A stretch of DNA of 64,000 nt from Candidatus Avispirillum sp. (lineage in GTDB: Bacteria; Bacillota; Clostridia; Oscillospirales; CAG-272). The position numbers and the translations under genes were made by a program. How positions within the stretch are numbered: position 1 is the stretch's first letter; each line of letters opens with the position of its first letter. The DNA lies in contig JAZTXZ010000109.1 in the NCBI GenBank assembly GCA_045636685.1, positions 10,381 to 74,380 of the forward strand, read 5' to 3'. The notes below the pieces were generated by a model that was not told where the DNA came from, did no database searches, and saw only the letters and a list, made by a program, of their open reading frames with translations. Below are positions 54,955 through 63,811 of this stretch, in pieces.

Positions 54955-57192
54955 TTACGGATAAACGTTTCCGCGTCTTGATCCTTCCTCATAGATCTGG
55001 ATCATGGGATTTTCTTCATAGTCGATTTTTGAAGGAAGCTTATAAAGATCGGATGAGAACACTCTCATGCCCTTATTTTTGATGGAATTATACATCCAGT
55101 CATAACGCTCCATATAAAGCGACTTGTTGTTTCCGTTTACATACCAATCAGTATGTACTGAGGAAAGTCCCATAAAGTCACAGCATACAAGAAGATTCTG
55201 TATTCTGCTTCTCTGATCGTCTGTTTTCGCCTTTTCATATGCAGTTACCAAAAGGCCTCTCATATACTCATAGTTTTCTGCAAGATACTCATATGAATAC
55301 ATATCTCCGGGACGGTCAAAGTTATTGATAAAGCAGGTTCCGCATTGATCTCCGGCCTCAGTCTGCATAAGCATATACTCGTAAAGCTCATCTACACCGT
55401 TGCCGTAGTTGATATACAGATATTCCTTCAGTATATCTGTCCACTCCTCATAGGTCATATCGGGATCCCACATGAACTTAACGGAAACATATTCTTTAAG
55501 TGTTTCAAAGTTATATGTAGTTCCGCCACCCTCATAGAAGAAGCCTGTTACATTTGCTTCCTCATGGAGCCACTTCATATTATAATAAAGATTTATTACG
55601 TTAGGACAGCTTGAAAGATAGTAGTGATATGTTACCGGATAAATCCAGAACCAAAGCTCAGCGCCTGTTTCACGACAGAGATTGCCCCAGAAAGGAAGCG
55701 CCTCAAGGTCGCCTTTATTACTCATATTATTAAGCTGACCACCGTATTCATAACATTCCTCCTTGCCGAGGATATGGTTGTTACAACCGATACCGCAGTA
55801 AAGAATGATGAAATTCTTATGAGGCTTGATAGTTGAAGGATAATCCTTTGCATATACGATACCGTAGAGACGCACACCGGGATAATACGCTTGAGCATCC
55901 TCTGTTGCCCTATTATAAAGCTGGAGGTAAAGTCCGGAATATCCCTCGGGAGGAACATACTCGTTCTTCTCTGTATTAACGTTATCCTTTTTACCGTTTG
56001 TGATAAGAGAACAGTTACGGCATGTGCAGTAATACTGGTTATCTGCAATGGAGAAGGAGAACAGTGTCTGTCCCTCTTCGATAAATGTAGGTCTGCCCCA
56101 GCTCATTACCATTCTGTTACAGTCGAGCATACCTTCAAAAAGGGTATTGTATGTATTATTATTTGTTGCGCAGGGCTGCCACTTGTATTCGTCCTTCTTT
56201 TCGCCGGAATCAAACTTTGCCTGATAGCGCTGAGATATATTGCCGTAGCTTTCATCGGGCATAGTACCTGTACCCATCTGCCAATACTCAAGGAAAGAGT
56301 GAGCATTACTGTAAAGAGGACCGATCTTTGTTCCATAGAACATTTCATCATGGCCGGAAAGCTGGCTTCCGTTAAGCTTATTGGGGAAGAAATGCCATTT
56401 GGGATTTCTTCCGAAAGTATGACGGGCATAACGGAAGTTGATCTCGGGAATCTTCTCAACGCTGACTCCCTCGGGAATATCAACTACTCTCTGCTTATAT
56501 ACGAATGTTTCTGAATTGGAATAAAATCTGATACCGAGATAATCCTCAAGAATATCAAATACAGCATACATGTTTCCACGGTATGTACCGTAAATATTGA
56601 GATTACCGTCTGTTACATCATATCTGTATCCCTCGATACCAAGGGTTTGACCGAGCTCGGAATCAAGTGCTACATCATGGAAATATATTGCTTTTGCAGT
56701 AGTAGACTCGCCATAGGACATGGGAAGTTCATATCCTGTGAGATATCTAACATACTTCATGAGGTTGAGGCTTGCAAAGTACACATTATCGTCCTCTGTT
56801 GAACCCTCGGGAAGAACAATAGACATCTGTGTTATCTCAGTTCCGGCAATAGTCATTTTGTATACCTGCATGCTATCTCCGAAATCGTCTGTTGTCTTCG
56901 CACCGGAAAGCACCATCTTCATGCAGAAAGAGTCACCTGCACCACACTTGGAATCGGCATCAAGGTCTGCCGCATCAAGGATCATATCAATTCCTGTTTC
57001 TACGCCGACTATGGAAGCCTTGATATAAAATGCATCCTGGGCGTTGACAAGACCGTTTCCGTCAACATCGCCAAGTTTAAAGGTATCATCCTTCAAAAAG
57101 CCTAGCTCAAGGGAAAAATCGCCTGCAGATACTGCAGCTGCAGAACCGATAAGCATAATCGCGCATAGTAATAACGCAAGTATTTTTTTCAT
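54955..57192 (-). CDS. Secreted protein with N-terminal dockerin-like module and a large DUF4838-like (glycoside-hydrolase-associated) domain
   Basis: Signal peptide MKKILALLLCAIMLIGSAAAVSA. Two Ca-binding dockerin-type repeats (GDVDGNGLVNAQDAFYIK; ADLDADSKCGAGDSFCMK). The CTCRNC-containing C-terminal region resembles DUF4838, from memory and tentative. Confidence 0.6.
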   Translation of the reverse strand: MKKILALLLCAIMLIGSAAAVSAGDFSLELGFLKDDTFKLGDVDGNGLVNAQDAFYIKASIVGVETGIDMILDAADLDADSKCGAGDSFCMKMVLSGAKTTDDFGDSMQVYKMTIAGTEITQMSIVLPEGSTEDDNVYFASLNLMKYVRYLTGYELPMSYGESTTAKAIYFHDVALDSELGQTLGIEGYRYDVTDGNLNIYGTYRGNMYAVFDILEDYLGIRFYSNSETFVYKQRVVDIPEGVSVEKIPEINFRYARHTFGRNPKWHFFPNKLNGSQLSGHDEMFYGTKIGPLYSNAHSFLEYWQMGTGTMPDESYGNISQRYQAKFDSGEKKDEYKWQPCATNNNTYNTLFEGMLDCNRMVMSWGRPTFIEEGQTLFSFSIADNQYYCTCRNCSLITNGKKDNVNTEKNEYVPPEGYSGLYLQLYNRATEDAQAYYPGVRLYGIVYAKDYPSTIKPHKNFIILYCGIGCNNHILGKEECYEYGGQLNNMSNKGDLEALPFWGNLCRETGAELWFWIYPVTYHYYLSSCPNVINLYYNMKWLHEEANVTGFFYEGGGTTYNFETLKEYVSVKFMWDPDMTYEEWTDILKEYLYINYGNGVDELYEYMLMQTEAGDQCGTCFINNFDRPGDMYSYEYLAENYEYMRGLLVTAYEKAKTDDQRSRIQNLLVCCDFMGLSSVHTDWYVNGNNKSLYMERYDWMYNSIKNKGMRVFSSDLYKLPSKIDYEENPMIQIYEEGSRRGNVYP

Positions 57193-57396
57193 ACGTCCTC
57201 CTATAATTTTAGTGTTATAATTATATCACAAATATACATTTATTTCAACTGTATTTTTGTAAGTTATTTACATTTTTCAGTTGATAATTTGTTTGTTTTT
57301 TTAGGATTTCTTTTTTAGATATTTTTTGGTACCTCTTGTAAAATAATATACATTTATGTTAAAATAAACTGACATATATTTTTTTAGAGAGTGCTT

Positions 57397-58617
57397 ATGA
57401 AAAATAATAAAAACAAAAAGAAATGGGTCCGACGCAGGCACCGTGTAGTACGAAATATCCTGATATGCGTTCTGAAGCCCTACTCCGTGCTGAAATACGG
57501 CATCAAAGTGGACAAGTTCAAAGAACAAAAAGATCGCCCATATCTTATTCTATACAATCATCAGACCCCCTTCGATCAGTTCTTTGTAGGAATGGCATTT
57601 AAGGGACCGGTCTATTATCTTGCAACTGAGGATATATTCTCTAAGGGATGGATCTCCTCACTTATCCGTTGGCTTGTTGCACCTATTCCGATAAAGAAGC
57701 AAACTACAGATGTAAGGGCAATACTTAACTGTATCAAAGTTGCAAGAGAGGGCGGCACCCTTGCTATCGCCCCCGAGGGCAACCGAACATACAGCGGAAA
57801 GACCGAGCATATGAGTTCTGCCATTGCTTCTCTGGCGCGAAAGCTTGGTCTGCCTATCGTCATTTACCGTATTGAGGGCGGATACGGCACTCAGCCCCGT
57901 TGGAGTGATAAGGTTCGCAGGGGCAAAATGCACTCTTATGTTTACCGTGTTATAGAGCCCGAAGAATATGCGGATATGACAGATAATGAGCTTTTCGACC
58001 TGATCGAAAAAGAGCTTTATGTCGATGAGGGAGTCGCTGACGGCGAGTTTCTCTCCTCAAAACGTGCTGAGTATCTTGAGCGAGCAGTGTATGTTTGTCC
58101 ATACTGCGGCTTTTCCAAATTTGAAAGTCACGGTTGCGAGATCACATGCTGTACCTGCCAAAGAAAGATCATATACGGTTCAGACAAGTCCTTATCGGGA
58201 GTTGGATTTGATTTCCCGTTCCCCTTCGTTTCCCAGTGGTATGACTATCAAAAGGACTATGTCAATTCTCTCGACACCGATAATTACACTTCGATCCCCA
58301 TATTCACAGATACCGCCGATATTTCCGAAGTGATCATCAGCAAAAAGAAGATCCCCCTAAAAAAAGGTTGCACTGTTTGCCTTTACGGGGACAGAGTCAC
58401 CCTGGATGAAGGTGGGGCTGACTGCATTACTCTTCACTTCAATGATATTTCTGCCGCTTCTGTTCTCGGACGTAACAAGCTTAATATATATCACGACAAT
58501 AAGGTATATCAGTTCAAGGGTTCAAAGCGTTTTAATGCACTCAAATATGTCAACCTATATTACAGATATAAAAACATAAACGGAGGTATTCCCGATGTCA
58601 AATTTCTGGGACTCTAA
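57397..58617 (+). CDS. Lysophospholipid/1-acyl-glycerol-3-phosphate acyltransferase family protein with C-terminal zinc-ribbon-containing extension
   Basis: HX4D motif NHQTPFD, PEGNRT motif, CPYCG...CCTC ribbon. ATG 57397 is preferred over GTG 57391. Confidence 0.75.
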   Translation: MKNNKNKKKWVRRRHRVVRNILICVLKPYSVLKYGIKVDKFKEQKDRPYLILYNHQTPFDQFFVGMAFKGPVYYLATEDIFSKGWISSLIRWLVAPIPIKKQTTDVRAILNCIKVAREGGTLAIAPEGNRTYSGKTEHMSSAIASLARKLGLPIVIYRIEGGYGTQPRWSDKVRRGKMHSYVYRVIEPEEYADMTDNELFDLIEKELYVDEGVADGEFLSSKRAEYLERAVYVCPYCGFSKFESHGCEITCCTCQRKIIYGSDKSLSGVGFDFPFPFVSQWYDYQKDYVNSLDTDNYTSIPIFTDTADISEVIISKKKIPLKKGCTVCLYGDRVTLDEGGADCITLHFNDISAASVLGRNKLNIYHDNKVYQFKGSKRFNALKYVNLYYRYKNINGGIPDVKFLGL

Positions 58618-59980
58618 CGTATGGGGCTTCTTTAACCTCCTTGCGGTACTTCTTATAAGTCTGCTCGCCGCAAACATGATAAAAAGATCATTTAAGATCC
58701 TCCAGATGTCTCTTATTCCCACTGCAGTACTGGCAGGCGGAATTCTTATTATCATTGCAGGCATCTACAAGCTCATAACCGGCAATATTATGTTTGACAG
58801 CGCGTTCTTTGGCCAGAACGGTACTGAAGGTCTTGAGATTATTACTTATCATACTCTTGCCCTTGGTTTTATCGCCGCTACATTCAAGTCCTCAAAGGGC
58901 AAGCTTACAAAGAAGCGCTCCGGCGAAATTTTCAACACCGGTGTTACTACAGTTTCTACATATCTTTTACAAGGTATATCCGGACTTGCAATATCAATAA
59001 TAGCCGCATTTTTTGTTTCAGGCTTTTTCTCTGCAGCGGGAATGCTTCTTCCCTTCGGCTACGGTCAAGGCACGGGACAGGCTCTTAACTACGGCGGCAT
59101 TTATGAATCTGACTTCGGATTTGTAGGCGGTAAAAGCTTCGGCCTCACGATTGCGGCAATCGGATTCATCAGCGCAAGCTTCGGCGGAGTTATCCACCTG
59201 AATATCCTCAAAAAAATGGGTAAGTTCAAAAAGCAAACCTTCAAAGAACAGGCACTCAAGTCTGAGGATATTATGACTGCAGATGAAGTACCTATGCAGG
59301 AAAACCTTGATAAGCTGACCATTCAGGTTGCACTCATCGTTCTTGCATATATGCTCACATTCGCTATTATGTTCTTCCTCGGAAAGCTTCTTCCCGGAAT
59401 GAAATCGGTTATATACGGCTTCAACTTCCTTCTCGGCGTTCTTACAGCTACCATTATCAAGTCTGTTATGGGCTTCCTCAGAAAGAAAAATCTTATCCAC
59501 AGAGAATATATAAGCGATTTCCTTATGACCCGTGCCAGCAACTTTTTCTATGATATAATGGTTGTTGCGGGAATCGCGGCTATCCGCCTCGGTGCTCTCA
59601 AGAATTACTGGGGTATTATAATCATCATAGGATTTGCAGGACTTGCAGTTACATACATATATAACCGAATCGTTGCAAAAATTCTCTTCAAGGAGTATCC
59701 GGAGGAGCAATTCCTTGCAATGTATGGAATGCTTACAGGTACTGCCAGCACAGGCGTTATCCTTCTTCGCGAAATAGACGGCGAGTTCAAGACTCCCGCC
59801 GCAGATAACCTTGTTTATCAGAACTTCCCTGCCATCGTTTTCGGCTTTCCTCTTATGTTCCTCGCAACTCTTGCACCAAAGAATCCTATTCTCATTCTGT
59901 TGGTCCTTGCAGGATTCTTTATTGTTATGAACATTCTCCTTTTCAGAAGTTTGATCTTCAAAAAGAGAAAAAAGAAGTAA
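58595..59980 (+). CDS. Polytopic membrane transporter, GltS (sodium/glutamate symporter)-like
   Basis: 461 aa, about 11-12 TM. IPTAVLAGGIL and GYGQGTGQA resemble GltS IPEPVAGGLL and GGHGTGAA. The family call is tentative. Confidence 0.55.
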   Translation: MSNFWDSNVWGFFNLLAVLLISLLAANMIKRSFKILQMSLIPTAVLAGGILIIIAGIYKLITGNIMFDSAFFGQNGTEGLEIITYHTLALGFIAATFKSSKGKLTKKRSGEIFNTGVTTVSTYLLQGISGLAISIIAAFFVSGFFSAAGMLLPFGYGQGTGQALNYGGIYESDFGFVGGKSFGLTIAAIGFISASFGGVIHLNILKKMGKFKKQTFKEQALKSEDIMTADEVPMQENLDKLTIQVALIVLAYMLTFAIMFFLGKLLPGMKSVIYGFNFLLGVLTATIIKSVMGFLRKKNLIHREYISDFLMTRASNFFYDIMVVAGIAAIRLGALKNYWGIIIIIGFAGLAVTYIYNRIVAKILFKEYPEEQFLAMYGMLTGTASTGVILLREIDGEFKTPAADNLVYQNFPAIVFGFPLMFLATLAPKNPILILLVLAGFFIVMNILLFRSLIFKKRKKK

Positions 59981-60019
59981 TAAAAACAAATTTACAACTC
60001 TGTATCCTGTGAAAAAGCC

Positions 60020-60068
60020 AAAAGGCTTTCGGTGCACCTTTTACGAAGGTGTCCCGAAAGCCTTTTTC
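60020..60068 (+). terminator. Compound hairpin terminator after the transporter gene
   Basis: aaaggctttcgg ... ccgaaagcctttt enclosing gtgcacctt / aaggtgtc. Confidence 0.6.
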
Positions 60069-60189
60069 TTATTTCGTTATACAAAAAGCGTAGTGAGATC
60101 ACTCCGCTTTCCTTCATGCCCTTTGAATACAGTTGATTATATAATAAAATTATGATACAATAAAGCCAACCAAATTGGAGGTTTAAAAA

Positions 60190-60420
60190 ATGGCCAACAA
60201 TGATTTTATAATCAAAATGGTGTTTTAGAGAAATATAACGGCGTAGGCGCAGATGTTATTATTCCAAATATTGTTATCGATATTGGTTATGAGGCGTTTA
60301 GTGATTATGAAAGTCTCATAAGCATCACTATCCCCGATAGCGTCAAAAATATTGGCCGGGGTGCATTCAAAAATTGTATCAACCTCACTGACTTAACTAT
60401 TCTCGACAGTTGTAATTCAC
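60190..60420 (+). pseudogene. Frameshifted, truncated N-terminal remnant of a BspA-type leucine-rich-repeat protein
   Basis: MANNDFIIK then, after a 1-nt frame slip, NGVLEKYNGVGADVIIPN..IGYEAFSDYESLISITIPDSVKNIGRGAFKNCINLTDLTI. No continuation follows. Confidence 0.5.
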
Positions 60421-60437
60421 AAAGACGATTTTTATAT

Positions 60438-60486
60438 ATGAAAGCAACAGGTATAGTTCGTAGAATAGAGGAATGAGGTATAATAA
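60438..60486 (+). repeat. Duplicated 5' end of an abrB/spoVT-type gene (12-codon stub MKATGIVRRIEE*)
   Basis: TTTATATATGAAAGCAACAGG is identical to 61781-61801. The next ~20 nt differ only at third-codon positions. Confidence 0.55.
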
Positions 60487-60588
60487 CACAAAGAGCTATA
60501 AACCCGCATAAACACTAGGGTTTTCGCTGGTTTGCCCTATTGAACGCATTGGTGTCAAAAACGGGTTTTGGGCGGTTTTTATGCATAG

Positions 60589-60617
60589 CAAAAGCGAGGT
60601 GAATTTCACCTCGCTTT
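60589..60617 (-). terminator. Terminator hairpin after the membrane-protein gene (member of a repeated hairpin pair)
   Basis: aaagcgaggtgaa-t-ttcacctcgcttt; nearly identical to 63782-63808. Confidence 0.7.
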
Positions 60618-60622
60618 GATGG

Positions 60623-61666
60623 TTAATGTAACACTTTTTCGGTTATATCAATTAATGCTTCGAAATCAGCAGGCAATTCTTCTTGGCTACCATAGACATC
60701 CGATGTGTATGCTCTAAAAAGAGTATAATCAGAAGCAAATTCCTGCACGGTATAATAAACCGAATCTTCGTTTGGATATCCAAACAAGGTAATACGCCCT
60801 GTGTAATTTTCATCGGCAAAAACCTTGATTACATTTCCAGGTAGCAAAGGATGTGTTTCAATGATAGTTCTTTGAATATAGTATTTAAGTTTTTCTATCG
60901 GGACATTATTCTTTCCTGTTCTTCCGGCGAAATAGAAAGTAGTAACAACTGTTGCAATTTCTATTGCACACATAATGGCGAATATTGTCCAATCAATGTT
61001 ACTGAATTCGTGCATTTCTCTTTCGCCGGTAAAAAATACTGCGATAAAGATATTAACGAACATTAATGCCAATCCGGAGCAAACATATATAAGCCCCTTT
61101 TTCTTGGCAGATTTTAAGTTTTGTAATTTTTCAATTAATGCTTCGGACTGCTCGTTCATTTCAAAAGGCATATTATGTCGAATTATTGAAGCAAGTTGCC
61201 AAGCATTTTCAACTCCCATAATGGTATGAGTTTTCCCGTCTTTTAATTGAATAATTAAAGTCCTGTTTCTACCCAATGCAAAAATCACATCATGAATACT
61301 GCAATCAATTTTACCGAAATAATGGTATTTACCTTTTATATGTTCATTGTCTATGTAAAAAAATGACTTAAAATTAAACAAAAGAAAACAAATTCCAATT
61401 AACGAGAGAAATGTTCCTAACCCCAAACCCACAAACAAACCACTTGGGGTGGCTTCACTGTCTTTGAAACTTATAAAAACAAATAAGCCCATTAAAAGTA
61501 TTCCACTAAGGATACATGTGATTCCGCTTGCTTTGTCGTGCTTAAAAATTCCATTCGTTTCTAATAACAATGAAGCGGGATGATTTTTTTGCTGTTTCTT
61601 GTAAATAAAAAGGATACTCAACAAATAAATGGCAAGACCAATGCATATGTAAATTGCTGAATTCAT
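60623..61666 (-). CDS. Hypothetical membrane protein (two TM clusters separated by a bPH-like soluble segment), low-GC
   Basis: 347-aa ORF. By eye it is clearly more AT-rich than its neighbours. No family was recognised. Confidence 0.55.
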   Translation of the reverse strand: MNSAIYICIGLAIYLLSILFIYKKQQKNHPASLLLETNGIFKHDKASGITCILSGILLMGLFVFISFKDSEATPSGLFVGLGLGTFLSLIGICFLLFNFKSFFYIDNEHIKGKYHYFGKIDCSIHDVIFALGRNRTLIIQLKDGKTHTIMGVENAWQLASIIRHNMPFEMNEQSEALIEKLQNLKSAKKKGLIYVCSGLALMFVNIFIAVFFTGEREMHEFSNIDWTIFAIMCAIEIATVVTTFYFAGRTGKNNVPIEKLKYYIQRTIIETHPLLPGNVIKVFADENYTGRITLFGYPNEDSVYYTVQEFASDYTLFRAYTSDVYGSQEELPADFEALIDITEKVLH

Positions 61667-61787
61667 TCAATTCACCGCCTTTGATTTATTATAACATAAC
61701 CACTCTAAAAAGTAAATTATTGCAGTATAAATTCCCACGAGTTACAAATAATAGTATCACGATTTGAATTAAAAGGAGAATTTATAT

Positions 61788-61892
61788 ATGAAAGCAACAG
61801 GGATCGTTCGCAGAATCGATGACCTCGGTCGTGTTGTTATCCCAAAATAAATCCGACGCACTTTAAAAATCCGCGGAGGAGACCCGTTATAA
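61788..61892 (+). pseudogene. spoVT/abrB-type SpoVT-AbrB-domain gene remnant with two in-frame TAA stops
   Basis: RBS AAAAGGAG. MKATGIVRRIDDLGRVVIPK*IRRTLKIRGGDPL* matches the SpoVT/AbrB N-terminal domain. Both stops fall where Glu (GAA) is expected, and the gene ends after about 35 codons at a terminator. Confidence 0.6.
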
Positions 61893-61902
61893 ATACATAC
61901 AA

Positions 61903-61933
61903 AACAAAAAGGACCGAAATCGGTCCTTTTTTA
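61903..61933. terminator. Bidirectional terminator (glgA / spoVT-like remnant)
   Basis: Stem aggaccg / cggtcct with an A-run and a T-run. Confidence 0.75.
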
Positions 61934-61938
61934 TTTAA

Positions 61939-63639
61939 TTACTTTTCTGCAGTTTTTTTAGCAGTCTTCTTTGCGGGAGCCTTCTTTGCAGCAGCTTCCT
62001 TAGCAGCTTTCTTTTCTGCTGCCTTGGCCTCTTTTTCAAGGGCCTTCAATGCTGCCTTTTCAGCCGCTCTCTGAGCCTTCTCTGCTTCCTTTGCAGCCTT
62101 CTTCTCTGCTGCGATTCTTGCCTTTTCAGCTTCCTTAGCTGCTTTCTTTTCAGCAGCTATTCTTGCCTTTTCTGCAGCGAGAAAGTCTGCATAAAGCTCA
62201 TCGTAGAGAGCCTCATACTTTCTTGCGGAGGCATTCCAGGAGAAGTCTGTTCTCATGCCGCGCTCAACGATGTTGTTCCAATCCTCCTTGAAGTCGTAGA
62301 AGATCTTCTCGGCATAGCGGATAGTGTCGAGCATATAGTGAGCGTTGTAGTCCTCAAAGCTAAAGCCTGTACCTGTCTTTTCGTCAACGTTGTAGTTATC
62401 AACAGTATCTCTGAGACCGCCTGTTGCACGTACGATCGGAACAGTACCGTATCTGAGGCTCATCAGCTGGCTGAGGCCGCAGGGCTCAAAGCGTGAGGGC
62501 ATAAGGAATGCATCACAAGCTGCATAGATCTTGTGAGAAAGGGGCTCGGAATAGTAGATATTCGCAGAAACCTTGCCGGGATACTTATCCTGATAGTAGC
62601 GGAACATATTCTCATAGCGCTCCTCACCTGTACCAAGGATAACAAGCTGAACTGCATCACGGCAGATATCGTCCATAACTCGGTCGATAAGGTCAAATCC
62701 CTTCTGGTCTGTAAGGCGGGAAACTATACCGATAAGCATAACATCGGGATTCTCATCAAGACCAAGCTCTCTCTGAAGAGCAAGCTTATTCTTAACCTTT
62801 TCACATCTGAAGTTATCAGCATTGAAGTGATGCTCGATATTCTTGTTTGTTTCGGGATCGAACTCTACGTAGTCGATACCGTTAACGATACCGGAGAGAA
62901 CGCCTGCCTTTGCGCAAAGGAGAGGATCGAGATTTTCGCCGTATTCGGGAGTCTTGATCTCCTCGGCATAGGAATCACTTACAGTTGTAACTCTGTCAGC
63001 ATAAACGATACCGCCCTTGAGGAGGTTAAGCGCGCCGTATGCCTCAAGCTTGTCGGGAGTGAAGTAATAATCGGAGAGACCTGCAACGTCAGTAAGCATA
63101 TCCTTGCCGTATACGCCCTGGAACTTGAGGTTATGAATTGTCATGATAGTGCGGATACCGCGGAAGAAAAGATCTCCCTGGAAGCTATCGTTAAGGTATA
63201 CGGGAACAAGACCGGACTGCCAGTCATGGCAATGGATAATGTCGGGTCGGAAACCGATAATGGGAAGTGCTGAGAGAGCCGCCTTTGAGAAATAGATAAA
63301 CTTTTCCATATCTCCGCGGATCTCGCCGTAGGGCTTATCCCCTGCGAAATAGAACTCGTTATCAACGAAATAGAAGGTGATGCCGTCGATCTCAGCTGTG
63401 AAGATTCCAACGTGCTGCTTTCTCCATGCAAGGTCCATCTCAAAGTGAGTGAGATATGTAAGCTTTTCCTTCCACTGAGGCTTTATGCAGAGATACTTGG
63501 GAAGAATAACGCGAACGTCATACTTTTCATTGTCGAAATACTTGGGAAGAGTACCTGCAACGTCAGCAAGACCGCCTGTCTTGATAAAGGGAACAGCCTC
63601 ACTTGTTACAAAAAGAATCTTTTTTCTTTCCATTGGCAA
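61939..63639 (-). CDS. glgA: Glycogen/starch synthase (ADP-glucose type) with 83-aa Lys/Ala/Glu-rich C-terminal tail
   Basis: KTGGLADV N-terminal motif, GT5 architecture, core ending ...SWNASARKYEALYDELY, followed by a repetitive AEKARIAAEKKAAKE tail. Confidence 0.9.
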   Translation of the reverse strand: MPMERKKILFVTSEAVPFIKTGGLADVAGTLPKYFDNEKYDVRVILPKYLCIKPQWKEKLTYLTHFEMDLAWRKQHVGIFTAEIDGITFYFVDNEFYFAGDKPYGEIRGDMEKFIYFSKAALSALPIIGFRPDIIHCHDWQSGLVPVYLNDSFQGDLFFRGIRTIMTIHNLKFQGVYGKDMLTDVAGLSDYYFTPDKLEAYGALNLLKGGIVYADRVTTVSDSYAEEIKTPEYGENLDPLLCAKAGVLSGIVNGIDYVEFDPETNKNIEHHFNADNFRCEKVKNKLALQRELGLDENPDVMLIGIVSRLTDQKGFDLIDRVMDDICRDAVQLVILGTGEERYENMFRYYQDKYPGKVSANIYYSEPLSHKIYAACDAFLMPSRFEPCGLSQLMSLRYGTVPIVRATGGLRDTVDNYNVDEKTGTGFSFEDYNAHYMLDTIRYAEKIFYDFKEDWNNIVERGMRTDFSWNASARKYEALYDELYADFLAAEKARIAAEKKAAKEAEKARIAAEKKAAKEAEKAQRAAEKAALKALEKEAKAAEKKAAKEAAAKKAPAKKTAKKTAEK

Positions 63640-63693
63640 AACCTACTTTCTGTATTTTAATTTTTATTTTTATAGTCATACTATACTATTTTA

Positions 63694-63722
63694 ATTTTAT
63701 AGTTTTTTTCGCTGATTGTCAA
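63694..63722 (-). promoter_or_regulatory. Candidate sigma-70 promoter of glgA
   Basis: Minus strand: TTGACA (63722-63717), 17-nt spacer, TAAAAT (63699-63694). Confidence 0.5.
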
Positions 63723-63781
63723 TAAAGTTATTGTAAAAAAGACATTCTTTTGGTGTAAGATTAAAACAGAACAAAATTTTT

Positions 63782-63810
63782 AAAGCGAGGTGAAGTTCAC
63801 CTCGCTTTTT
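63782..63810 (-). terminator. Terminator hairpin after the partial gene at the window end (second copy of the repeated hairpin)
   Basis: aaagcgaggtgaa-g-ttcacctcgcttt. Confidence 0.65.
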
Positions 63811-63811
63811 C

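Noticed and set aside
61788-61892. Possibility that the two in-frame TAA codons at Glu positions reflect stop-codon reassignment or programmed readthrough.
   Set aside because: TAA is used as a normal stop by many genes in this window. The ORF also loses homology after ~35 codons and runs into a terminator. Simple pseudogenisation is the more economical explanation.
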